NCBI GenBank assembly: GCA_002269645.1
Contig: NIVC01001364.1
Location: 186,001 to 250,000, forward strand
Source: Macrostomum lignano
Lineage: Eukaryota
DNA length: 64,000 nt
Reading direction: 5' to 3'
Both the position numbers and the translations under genes were made by a program. The notes beneath the pieces were generated by a model. It worked only from the letters and a program-made list of their open reading frames with translations. It was not told where the DNA came from and made no database searches. Shown here piece by piece: positions 1 through 13,526 of the stretch. The stretch's first letter is position 1; each line of letters starts with the position of its first letter.

Positions 1-3000
1 CGGCTGCTGGACAAACCCGGAAAAACCATCCTGGAGACAAGAAGAGCTCTCCTAGTACCTTGGCGCTCCAGTCATCGAAGGAGAATGCTATGGTTGAGGA
101 ATGCGACTCAAGTGCTGCTGATCTCATGATCACGTCATCTGCTAACAAAATACAAGACCGGAAACCGTCACCACAGCGTCAGCATTTTGAATCGGTGAGC
201 ATTGCTGAGTTGAGTTACACTAACGCTGGAAAAGTGCATTCGCTTTACTTAATGAATATCATTTTTATTGGGCCAAAAATATGCTGCAGCTTTCAATGTC
301 TTAGTTTCGATTGTAAAAAAGCAAACTTTATCATGACGTATGCCAAGTCAGCACAATCAATCAAATTTCAGCATATTTGTCGCGGGTCCAGCTAAACCCT
401 CATTGAATGTTTCACATTGACTGTGGGTGCTTCAAGCATCGACTGCCAAACATACTTTCAGACATGGGGTCCAGCTAAACCCTCATTGAATGTTTCACAT
501 TGCCTGTGGGTGCTTCAAGCATCGACTGCCAAACATACTTTCAGACATGGGGTCCAGCTAAACCCTCATTTATTGTTTCACATTGCCTGTGGGTGCTTCA
601 AGCATCGACTGCCAAACATACTTTCAGACATGGGGTCCAGCTAAACCCTCATTGATTGTCGTTCACATTGACTGTGGGTGCTTCAAGCATCGACTGCCAA
701 ACATACTTTCAGACATGGGGTCCAGCTAAACCCTCATTGATTGTCGTTCACATTGAGTGTGGATGCTTCAAGCACCGACTGCCAAACATACTTTTAGACA
801 TGGGGTCCAGCTAAACCCTCATTGAATGTTTCACATTGACTGTGGGTGCTTCAAGCACCGACTGCCAAACATACTTTCAGACATGGGGTCCAGCTAAACC
901 CTCATTGATTGTCGTTCACATTGAGTGTGGATGCTTCAAGCACTGACTGCCAAACAGACTTTCAGACATGGGATCCAGCTGAATCCTCATTGAGTCATAA
1001 TATGTTTACATTAGTTCATCAAAATCAATCATTGTGCAGATGGGCAGCGACGTGACCATCCCACAAGCAGAGGGATCTTCTGCTGATGCTGACGCTGGCG
1101 ACAGCGAACCGTGTGCATCTCGCGATGAGTCGAGTGTAGAGAAGGCGGCTACGAAGAAGACGACTTCCGTTCATAAGTCGCGTGAACAGCTCTCAGCATC
1201 GGCCAGGGTGACGAGAGCTACTCAAGAGGCAGCGGCTGCTGGACAAACCCGGAAAAACCATCCTGGAGACAAGAAGAGCTCTCCTAGTACCTTGGCGCTC
1301 CAGTCATCGAAGGAGAATGCTATGGTTGAGGAATGCGACTCAAGTGCTGCTGATCTCATGATCACGTCATCTGCTAACAAAATACAAGACCGGAAACCGT
1401 CACCACAGCGTCAGCATTTTGAATCGGTGAGCATTGCTGAGTTGAGTTACACTAACGCTGGAAAAGTGCATTCGCTTTACTTAATGAATATCATTTTTAT
1501 TGGGCCAAAAATATGCTGCAGCTTTCAATGTCTTAGTTTCGATTGTAAAAAAGCAAACTTTATCATGACGTATGCCAAGTCAGCACAATCAATCAAATTT
1601 CAGCATATTTGTCGCGGGTCCAGCTAAACCCTCATTGAATGTTTCACATTGACTGTGGGTGCTTCAAGCATCGACTGCCAAACATACTTTCAGACATGGG
1701 GTCCAGCTAAACCCTCATTGAATGTTTCACATTGCCTGTGGGTGCTTCAAGCATCGACTGCCAAACATACTTTCAGACATGGGGTCCAGCTAAACCCTCA
1801 TTTATTGTTTCACATTGCCTGTGGGTGCTTCAAGCATCGACTGCCAAACATACTTTCAGACATGGGGTCCAGCTAAACCCTCATTGATTGTCGTTCACAT
1901 TGACTGTGGGTGCTTCAAGCATCGACTGCCAAACATACTTTCAGACATGGGGTCCAGCTAAACCCTCATTGATTTTCACATTGACTGTGGGTGCTTCAAG
2001 CACGACTGCCAAACATACTTTCAGACATGGGGTCCAGCTAAACCCTCATTGATTGTCGTTCACATTGAGTGTGGATGCTTCAAGCACCGACTGCCAAACA
2101 TACTTTCAGACATGGGGTCCAGCTAAACCCTCATTGATTGTCGTTCACATTGAGTGTGGATGCTTCAAGCACTGACTGCCAAACAGACTTTCAGACATGG
2201 GATCCAGCTGAATCCTCATTGAGTCATAATATGTTTACATTAGTTCATCAAAATCAATCATTGTGCAGATGGGCAGCGACGTGACCATCCCACAAGCAGA
2301 GGGATCTTCTGCTGATGCTGACGCTGGCGACAGCGAACCGTGTGCATCTCGCGATGAGTCGAGTGTAGAGAAGGCGGCTACGAAGAAGACGACTTCCGTT
2401 CATAAGTCGCGTGAACAGCTCTCAGCATCGGCCAGGGTGTCGAGAGCTACTCAAGAGGCAGCGGCTGCTGGACAAACCCGGAAAAACCATCCTGGAGACA
2501 AGAAGAGCTCTCCTAGTACCTTGGCGCTCCAGTCATCGAAGGAGAATGCTATGGTTGAGGAATGCGACTCAAGTGCTGCTGATCTCATGATCACGTCATC
2601 TGCTAACAAAATACAAGACCGGAAACCGTCACCACAGCGTCAGCATTTTGAATCGGTGAGCATTGCTGAGTTGAGTTACACTAACGCTGGAAAAGTGCAT
2701 TCGCTTTACTTAATGAATATCATTTTTATTGGGCCAAAAATATGCTGCAGCTTTCAATGTCTTAGTTTCGATTGTAAAAAAGCAAACTTTATCATGACGT
2801 ATGCCAAGTCAGCACAATCAATCAAATTTCAGCATATTTGTCGCGGGTCCAGCTAAACCCTCATTGAATGTTTCACATTGACTGTGGGTGCTTCAAGCAT
2901 CGACTGCCAAACATACTTTCAGACATGGGGTCCAGCTAAACCCTCATTGAATGTTTCACATTGCCTGTGGGTGCTTCAAGCATCGACTGCCAAACATACT

Positions 3001-6000
3001 TTCAGACATGGGGTCCAGCTAAACCCTCATTTATTGTTTCACATTGCCTGTGGGTGCTTCAAGCATCGACTGCCAAACATACTTTCAGACATGGGGTCCA
3101 GCTAAACCCTCATTGATTGTCGTTCACATTGACTGTGGGTGCTTCAAGCATCGACTGCCAAACATACTTTCAGACATGGGGTCCAGCTAAACCCTCATTG
3201 AATGTTTCACATTGACTGTGGGTGCTTCAAGCATCGACTGCCAAACATACTTTCAGACATGGGGTCCAGCTAAACCCTCATTGATTGTCGTTCACATTGA
3301 GTGTGGATGCTTCAAGCACCGACTGCCAAACATACTTTCAGACATGGGGTCCAGCTAAACCCTCATTGATTGTCGTTCACATTGAGTGTGGATGCTTCAA
3401 GCACTGACTGCCAAACAGACTTTCAGACATGGGATCCAGCTGAATCCTCATTGAGTCATAATATGTTTACATTAGTTCATCAAAATCAATCATTGTGCAG
3501 ATGGGCAGCGACGTGACCATCCCACAAGCAGAGGGATCTTCTGCTGATGCTGACGCTGGCGACAGCGAACCGTGTGCATCTCGCGATGAGTCGAGTGTAG
3601 AGAAGGCGGCTACGAAGAAGACGACTTCCGTTCATAAGTCGCGTGAACAGCTCTCAGCATCGGCCAGGGTGTCGAGAGCTACTCAAGAGGCAGCGGCTGC
3701 TGGACAAACCCGGAAAAACCATCCTGGAGACAAGAAGAGCTCTCCTAGTACCTTGGCGCTCCAGTCATCGAAGGAGAATGCTATGGTTGAGGAATGCGAC
3801 TCAAGTGCTGCTGATCTCATGATCACGTCATCTGCTAACAAAATACAAGACCGGAAACCGTCACCACAGCGTCAGCATTTTGAATCGGTGAGCATTGCTG
3901 AGTTGAGTTACACTAACGCTGGAAAAGTGCATTCGCTTTACTTAATGAATATCATTTTTATTGGGCCAAAAATATGCTGCAGCTTTCAATGTCTTAGTTT
4001 CGATTGTAAAAAAGCAAACTTTATCATGACGTATGCCAAGTCAGCACAATCAATCAAATTTCAGCATATTTGTCGCGGGTCCAGCTAAACCCTCATTGAA
4101 TGTTTCACATTGACTGTGGGTGCTTCAAGCATCGACTGCCAAACATACTTTCAGACATGGGGTCCAGCTAAACCCTCATTGAATGTTTCACATTGCCTGT
4201 GGGTGCTTCAAGCATCGACTGCCAAACATACTTTCAGACATGGGGTCCAGCTAAACCCTCATTGATTGTTTCACATTGCCTGTGGGTGCTTCAAGCATCG
4301 ACTGCCAAACATACTTTCAGACATGGGGTCCAGCTAAACCCTCATTGATTGTCTTCACATTGACTGTGGGTGCTTCAAGCATCGACTGCCAAACATACTT
4401 TCAGACATGGGGTCCAGCTAAACCCTCATTGATTGTCGTTCACATTGAGTGTGGATGCTTCAAGCACCGACTGCCAAACATACTTTTAGACATGGGGTCC
4501 AGCTAAACCCTCATTGAATGTTTCACATTGACTGTGGGTGCTTCAAGCACCGACTGCCAAACATACTTTCAGACATGGGGTCCAGCTAAACCCTCATTGA
4601 TTGTCGTTCACATTGAGTGTGGATGCTTCAAGCACTGACTGCCAAACAGACTTTCAGACATGGGATCCAGCTGAATCCTCATTGAGTCATAATATGTTTA
4701 CATTAGTTCATCAAAATCAATCATTGTGCAGATGGGCAGCGACGTGACCATCCCACAAGCAGAGGGATCTTCTGCTGATGCTGACGCTGGCGACAGCGAA
4801 CCGTGTGCATCTCGCGATGAGTCGAGTGTAGAGAAGGCGGCTACGAAGAAGACGACTTCCGTTCATAAGTCGCGTGAACAGCTCTCAGCATCGGCCAGGG
4901 TGACGAGAGCTACTCAAGAGGCAGCGGCTGCTGGACAAACCCGGAAAAACCATCCTGGAGACAAGAAGAGCTCTCCTAGTACCTTGGCGCTCCAGTCATC
5001 GAAGGAGAATGCTATGGTTGAGGAATGCGACTCAAGTGCTGCTGATCTCATGATCACGTCATCTGCTAACAAAATACAAGACCGGAAACCGTCACCACAG
5101 CGTCAGCATTTTGAATCGGTGAGCATTGCTGAGTTGAGTTACACTAACGCTGGAAAAGTGCATTCGCTTTACTTAATGAATATCATTTTTATTGGGCCAA
5201 AAATATGCTGCAGCTTTCAATGTCTTAGTTTCGATTGTAAAAAAGCAAACTTTATCATGACGTATGCCAAGTCAGCACAATCAATCAAATTTCAGCATAT
5301 TTGTCGCGGGTCCAGCTAAACCCTCATTGAATGTTTCACATTGACTGTGGGTGCTTCAAGCATCGACTGCCAAACATACTTTCAGACATGGGGTCCAGCT
5401 AAACCCTCATTGAATGTTTCACATTGCCTGTGGGTGCTTCAAGCATCGACTGCCAAACATACTTTCAGACATGGGGTCCAGCTAAACCCTCATTTATTGT
5501 TTCACATTGCCTGTGGGTGCTTCAAGCATCGACTGCCAAACATACTTTCAGACATGGGGTCCAGCTAAACCCTCATTGATTGTCGTTCACATTGACTGTG
5601 GGTGCTTCAAGCATCGACTGCCAAACATACTTTCAGACATGGGGTCCAGCTAAACCCTCATTGAATGTTTCACATTGACTGTGGGTGCTTCAAGCATCGA
5701 CTGCCAAACATACTTTCAACATGGGGTCCAGCTAAACCCTCATTGATTGTCGTTCACATTGAGTGTGGATGCTTCAAGCACCGACTGCCAAACATACTTT
5801 CAGACATGGGGTCCAGCTAAACCCTCATTGATTGTCGTTCACATTGAGTATAGATGCTTCAAGCACTGACTGCCAAACAGACTTTCAGACATGGGATCCA
5901 GCTGAATCCTCATTGAGTCATAATATGTTTACATTAGTTCATCAAAATCAATCATTGTGCAGATGGGCAGCGACGTGACCATCCCACAAGCAGAGGGATC

Positions 6001-9000
6001 TTCTGCTGATGCTGACGCTGGCGACAGCGAACCGTGTGCATCTCGCGATGAGTCGAGTGTAGAGAAGGCGGCTACGAAGAAGACGACTTCCGTTCATAAG
6101 TCGCGTGAACAGCTCTCAGCATCGGCCAGGGTGTCGAGAGCTACTCAAGAGGCAGCGGCTGCTGGACAAACCCGGAAAAACCATCCTGGAGACAAGAAGA
6201 GCTCTCCTAGTACCTTGGCGCTCCAGTCATCGAAGGAGAATGCTATGGTTGAGGAATGCGACTCAAGTGCTGCTGATCTCATGATCACGTCATCTGCTAA
6301 CAAAATACAAGACCGGAAACCGTCACCACAGCGTCAGCATTTTGAATCGGTGAGCATTGCTGAGTTGAGTTACACTAACGCTGGAAAAGTGCATTCGCTT
6401 TACTTAATGAATATCATTTTTATTGGGCCAAAAATATGCTGCAGCTTTCAATGTCTTAGTTTCGATTGTAAAAAAGCAAACTTTATCATGACGTATGCCA
6501 AGTCAGCACAATCAATCAAATTTCAGCATATTTGTCGCGGGTCCAGCTAAACCCTCATTGAATGTTTCACATTGACTGTGGGTGCTTCAAGCATCGACTG
6601 CCAAACATACTTTCAGACATGGGGTCCAGCTAAACCCTCATTGAATGTTTCACATTGCCTGTGGGTGCTTCAAGCATCGACTGCCAAACATACTTTCAGA
6701 CATGGGGTCCAGCTAAACCCTCATTGATTGTCGTTCACATTGAGTGTGGATGCTTCAAGCATCGACTGCCAAACATACTTTCAGACATGGGGTCCAGCTA
6801 AACCCTCATTGATTGTCGTTCACATTGAGTGTGGATGCTTCAAGCATCGACTGCCAAACATACTTTCAGACATGGGGTCCAGCTAAACCCTCATTGAATG
6901 CTTCACATTGACTGTGGGTGCTTCAAGCATCGACTGCCAAACATACTTTCAGACATGGGGTCCAGCTAAACCCTCATTGATTGTCGTTCACATTGAGTGT
7001 GGATGCTTCAAGCACCGACTGCCAAACATACTTTCAGACATGGGGTCCAGCTAAACCCTCATTGAATGTTTCACATTGACTGTGGGTGCTTCAAGCACCG
7101 ACTGCCAAACATACTTTCAGACATGGGGTCCAGCTAAACCCTCATTGATTGTCGTTCACATTGAGTGTGGATGCTTCAAGCACTGACTGCCAAACAGACT
7201 TTCAGACATGGGATCCAGCTGAATCCTCATTGAGTCATAATATGTTTACATTAGTTCATCAAAATCAATCATTGTGCAGATGGGCAGCGACGTGACCATC
7301 CCACAAGCAGAGGGATCTTCTGCTGATGCTGACGCTGGCGACAGCGAACCGTGTGCATCTCGCGATGAGTCGAGTGTAGAGAAGGCGGCTACGAAGAAGA
7401 CGACTTCCGTTCATAAGTCGCGTGAACAGCTCTCAGCATCGGCCAGGGTGACGAGAGCTACTCAAGAGGCAGCGGCTGCTGGACAAACCCGGAAAAACCA
7501 TCCTGGAGACAAGAAGAGCTCTCCTAGTACCTTGGCGCTCCAGTCATCGAAGGAGAATGCTATGGTTGAGGAATCCGACTCAAGTGCTGCTGATCTCATG
7601 ATCACGTCATCTGCTAACAAAATACAAGACCGGAAACCGTCACCACAGCGTCAGCATTTTGAATCGGTGAGCATTGCTGAGTTGAGTTACACTAACGCTG
7701 GAAAAGTGCATTCGCTTTACTTAATGAATATCATTTTTATTGGGCCAAAAATATGCTGCAGCTTTCAATGTCTTAGTTTCGATTGTAAAAAAGCAAACTT
7801 TATCATGACGTATGCCAAGTCAGCACAATCAATCAAATTTCAGCATATTTGTCGCGGGTCCAGCTAAACCCTCATTGAATGTTTCACATTGACTGTGGGT
7901 GCTTCAAGCATCGACTGCCAAACATACTTTCAGACATGGGGTCCAGCTAAACCCTAATTGAATGTTTCACATTGCCTGTGGGTGCTTCAAGCATCGACTG
8001 CCAAACATACTTTTAGACATGGGGTCCAGCTAAACCCTCATTGAATGCTTCACATTGACTGTGGGTGCTTCAAGCATCGACTGCCAAACATACTTTCAGA
8101 CATGGGGTCCAGCTAAACCCTCATTGAATGTTTCACATTGACTGTGGGTGCTTCAAGCATCGACTGCCAAACATACTTTCAGACATGGGGTCCAGCTAAA
8201 CCCTCATTGAATGTTTCACATTGCCTGTGGGTGCTTCAAGCATCGACTGCCAAACATACTTTTAGACATGGGGTCCAGCTAAACCCTCATTGAATGCTTC
8301 ACATTGACTGTGGGTGCTTCAAGCATCGACTGCCAAACATACTTTCAGACATGGGGTCCAGCTAAACCCTCATTGAATGTTTCACATTGACTGTGGGTAC
8401 TTTAAGCATCGACTGCCAAACATACTTTCAGACATGGGGTCCAGCTAAACCCTCATTGAATGTTTCACATTGCCTGTGGGTGCTTCAAGCATCGACTGCC
8501 AAACATACTTTCAGACATGGGGTCCAGCTAAACCCTCATTTATTGTTTCACATTGCCTGTGGGTGCTTCAAGCATCGACTGCCAAACATACTTTCAGACA
8601 TGGGGTCCAGCTAAACCCTCATTGATTGTCGTTCACATTGAGTGTGGATGCTTCAAGCACTGACTGCCAAACAGACTTTCAGACATGGGATCCAGCTGAA
8701 TCCTCATTGAGTCATAATATGTTTACATTAGTTCATCAAAATCAATCATTGTGCAGATGGGCAGCGACGTGACCATCCCACAAGCAGAGGGATCTTCTGC
8801 TGATGCTGACGCTGGCGACAGCGAACCGTGTGCATCTCGCGATGAGTCGAGTGTAGAGAAGGCGGCTACGAAGAAGACGACTTCCGTTCATAAGTCGCGT
8901 GAACAGCTCTCAGCATCGGCCAGGGTGACGAGAGCTACTCAAGAGGCAGCGGCTGCTGGACAAACCCGGAAAAACCATCCTGGAGACAAGAAGAGCTCTC

Positions 9001-12000
9001 CTAGTACCTTGGCGCTCCAGTCATCGAAGGAGAATGCTATGGTTGAGGAATGCGACTCAAGTGCTGCTGATCTCATGATCACGTCATCTGCTAACAAAAT
9101 ACAAGACCGGAAACCGTCACCACAGCGTCAGCATTTTGAATCGGTGAGCATTGCTGAGTTGAGTTACACTAACGCTGGAAAAGTGCATTCGCTTTACTTA
9201 ATGAATATCATTTTTATTGGGCCAAAAATATGCTGCAGCTTTCAATGTCTTAGTTTCGATTGTAAAAAAGCAAACTTTATCATGACGTATGCCAAGTCAG
9301 CACAATCAATCAAATTTCAGCATATTTGTCGCGGGTCCAGCTAAACCCTCATTGAATGTTTCACATTGACTGTGGGTGCTTCAAGCATCGACTGCCAAAC
9401 ATACTTTCAGACATGGGGTCCAGCTAAACCCTCATTGAATGTTTCACATTGCCTGTGGGTGCTTCAAGCATCGACTGCCAAACATACTTTCAGACATGGG
9501 GTCCAGCTAAACCCTCATTTATTGTTTCACATTGCCTGTGGGTGCTTCAAGCATCGACTGCCAAACATACTTTCAGACATGGGGTCCAGCTAAACCCTCA
9601 TTGATTGTCGTTCACATTGACTGTGGGTGCTTCAAGCATCGACTGCCAAACATACTTTCAGACATGGGGTCCAGCTAAACCCTCATTGAATGTTTCACAT
9701 TGACTGTGGGTGCTTCAAGCATCGACTGCCAAACATACTTTCAAACATGGGGTCCAGCTAAACCCTCATTGATTGTCGTTCACATTGAGTGTGGATGCTT
9801 CAAGCACCGACTGCCAAACATACTTTCAGACATGGGGTCCAGCTAAACCCTCATTGATTGTCGTTCACATTGAGTATAGATGCTTCAAGCACTGACTGCC
9901 AAACAGACTTTCAGACATGGGATCCAGCTGAATCCTCATTGAGTCATAATATGTTTACATTAGTTCATCAAAATCAATCATTGTGCAGATGGGCAGCGAC
10001 GTGACCATCCCACAAGCAGAGGGATCTTCTGCTGATGCTGACGCTGGCGACAGCGAACCGTGTGCATCTCGCGATGAGTCGAGTGTAGAGAAGGCGGCTA
10101 CGAAGAAGACGACTTCCGTTCATAAGTCGCGTGAACAGCTCTCAGCATCGGCCAGGGTGTCGAGAGCTACTCAAGAGGCAGCGGCTGCTGGACAAACCCG
10201 GAAAAACCATCCTGGAGACAAGAAGAGCTCTCCTAGTACCTTGGCGCTCCAGTCATCGAAGGAGAATGCTATGGTTGAGGAATGCGACTCAAGTGCTGCT
10301 GATCTCATGATCACGTCATCTGCTAACAAAATACAAGACCGGAAACCGTCACCACAGCGTCAGCATTTTGAATCGGTGAGCATTGCTGAGTTGAGTTACA
10401 CTAACGCTGGAAAAGTGCATTCGCTTTACTTAATGAATATCATTTTTATTGGGCCAAAAATATGCTGCAGCTTTCAATGTCTTAGTTTCGATTGTAAAAA
10501 AGCAAACTTTATCATGACGTATGCCAAGTCAGCACAATCAATCAAATTTCAGCATATTTGTCGCGGGTCCAGCTAAACCCTCATTGAATGTTTCACATTG
10601 ACTGTGGGTGCTTCAAGCATCGACTGCCAAACATACTTTCAGACATGGGGTCCAGCTAAACCCTCATTGAATGTTTCACATTGCCTGTGGGTGCTTCAAG
10701 CATCGACTGCCAAACATACTTTCAGACATGGGGTCCAGCTAAACCCTCATTGATTGTCGTTCACATTGAGTGTGGATGCTTCAAGCATCGACTGCCAAAC
10801 ATACTTTCAGACATGGGGTCCAGCTAAACCCTCATTGATTGTCGTTCACATTGAGTGTGGATGCTTCAAGCATCGACTGCCAAACATACTTTCAGACATG
10901 GGGTCCAGCTAAACCCTCATTGAATGCTTCACATTGACTGTGGGTGCTTCAAGCATCGACTGCCAAACATACTTTCAGACATGGGGTCCAGCTAAACCCT
11001 CATTGATTGTCGTTCACATTGAGTGTGGATGCTTCAAGCACCGACTGCCAAACATACTTTCAGACATGGGGTCCAGCTAAACCCTCATTGAATGTTTCAC
11101 ATTGACTGTGGGTGCTTCAAGCACCGACTGCCAAACATACTTTCAGACATGGGGTCCAGCTAAACCCTCATTGATTGTCGTTCACATTGAGTGTGGATGC
11201 TTCAAGCACTGACTGCCAAACAGACTTTCAGACATGGGATCCAGCTGAATCCTCATTGAGTCATAATATGTTTACATTAGTTCATCAAAATCAATCATTG
11301 TGCAGATGGGCAGCGACGTGACCATCCCACAAGCAGAGGGATCTTCTGCTGATGCTGACGCTGGCGACAGCGAACCGTGTGCATCTCGCGATGAGTCGAG
11401 TGTAGAGAAGGCGGCTACGAAGAAGACGACTTCCGTTCATAAGTCGCGTGAACAGCTCTCAGCATCGGCCAGGGTGACGAGAGCTACTCAAGAGGCAGCG
11501 GCTGCTGGACAAACCCGGAAAAACCATCCTGGAGACAAGAAGAGCTCTCCTAGTACCTTGGCGCTCCAGTCATCGAAGGAGAATGCTATGGTTGAGGAAT
11601 CCGACTCAAGTGCTGCTGATCTCATGATCACGTCATCTGCTAACAAAATACAAGACCGGAAACCGTCACCACAGCGTCAGCATTTTGAATCGGTGAGCAT
11701 TGCTGAGTTGAGTTACACTAACGCTGGAAAAGTGCATTCGCTTTACTTAATGAATATCATTTTTATTGGGCCAAAAATATGCTGCAGCTTTCAATGTCTT
11801 AGTTTCGATTGTAAAAAAGCAAACTTTATCATGACGTATGCCAAGTCAGCACAATCAATCAAATTTCAGCATATTTGTCGCGGGTCCAGCTAAACCCTCA
11901 TTGAATGTTTCACATTGACTGTGGGTGCTTCAAGCATCGACTGCCAAACATACTTTCAGACATGGGGTCCAGCTAAACCCTAATTGAATGTTTCACATTG

Positions 12001-13526
12001 CCTGTGGGTGCTTCAAGCATCGACTGCCAAACATACTTTTAGACATGGGGTCCAGCTAAACCCTCATTGAATGCTTCACATTGACTGTGGGTGCTTCAAG
12101 CATCGACTGCCAAACATACTTTCAGACATGGGGTCCAGCTAAACCCTCATTGAATGTTTCACATTGACTGTGGGTGCTTCAAGCATCGACTGCCAAACAT
12201 ACTTTCAGACATGGGGTCCAGCTAAACCCTCATTGAATGTTTCACATTGCCTGTGGGTGCTTCAAGCATCGACTGCCAAACATACTTTTAGACATGGGGT
12301 CCAGCTAAACCCTCATTGAATGCTTCACATTGACTGTGGGTGCTTCAAGCATCGACTGCCAAACATACTTTCAGACATGGGGTCCAGCTAAACCCTCATT
12401 GAATGTTTCACATTGACTGTGGGTACTTTAAGCATCGACTGCCAAACATACTTTCAGACATGGGGTCCAGCTAAACCCTCATTGAATGTTTCACATTGCC
12501 TGTGGGTGCTTCAAGCATCGACTGCCAAACATACTTTCAGACATGGGGTCCAGCTAAACCCTCATTTATTGTTTCACATTGCCTGTGGGTGCTTCAAGCA
12601 TCGACTGCCAAACATACTTTCAGACATGGGGTCCAGCTAAACCCTCATTGATTGTCGTTCACATTGACTGTGGGTGCTTCAAGCATTGACTGCCAAACAT
12701 ACTTTCAGACATGGGGTCCAGCTAAACCCTCATTGAATGTTTCACATTGACTGTGGGTGCTTCAAGCATCGACTGCCAAACATACTTTCAGACATGGGGT
12801 CCAGCTAAACCCTCATTGAATGCTTCACATTGACTGTGGGTGCTTCAAGCACCGACTGCCAAACATACTTTCAGACATGGGGTCCAGCTAAACCCTCATT
12901 GAATGTTTCACATTGACTGTGGGTGCTTCAAGCATCGACTGCCAAACATACATTCAGACATGGGGTCCAGCTAAACCCTCATTGATTGTCGTTCACATTG
13001 AGTGTGGATGCTTCAAGCACCGACTGCCAAACATACTTTCAGACATGGGGTCCAGCTAAACCCTCATTGATTGTCGTTCACATTGACTGTGGGTGCTTCA
13101 AGCACCGACTGCCAAACAGACTTTCAGACATGGGGTCCAGCTAAACCCTCATTGATTGTCGTTCACATTGAGTATAGATGCTTCAAGCACTTACTGCCAA
13201 ACAGACTTTCTGACATGGGATCCAGCTGAATCCTCATTGAGTCATAATATGTTTACATTAGTTCATCAAAATCAATCATTGTGCAGATGGGCAGCGACGT
13301 GACCATCCCACAAGCAGAGGGATCTTCTGCTGATGCTGACGCTGGCGACAGCGAACCGTGTGCATCTCGCGATGAGTCGAGTGTAGAGAAGGCGGCTACG
13401 AAGAAGACGACTTCCGTTCATAAGTCGCGTGAACAGCTCTCAGCATCGGCCAGGGTGACGAGAGCTACTCAAGAGGCAGCGGCTGCTGGACAAACCCGGA
13501 AAAACCATCCTGGAGACAAGAAGAGC
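1..13526 (+). repeat. Large-unit tandem array (10 complete units of ~1229-1981 bp plus a partial), unit = exon + minisatellite-bearing intron
   Basis: The identical 197-aa ORF recurs at 1034, 2263, 3495, 4726, 5957, 7274, 8751, 9983 and 11300. Spacings are 1229, 1232, 1231, 1231, 1317, 1477, 1232, 1317 and 1981 bp. Identity to the terminal copy ends at 13526. Confidence 0.98.

Noticed and set aside
1034-1627. 197-aa ORF as a stand-alone repeated gene (and its copies)
   Set aside because: It starts at a GTG inside the acceptor and reads through the GTGAGC donor into AT-rich intron. Only the 129-codon core looks exonic.
417-12640. 75-76-aa ORFs (MTVGASSIDCQ...)
   Set aside because: Chance open frames across the 83-bp minisatellite.
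384-13240. CRISPR-like array (regular repeats near a recombinase)
   Set aside because: The 83/85-bp units are contiguous with no unique spacers, there are no cas genes, and the context is a eukaryotic intron.
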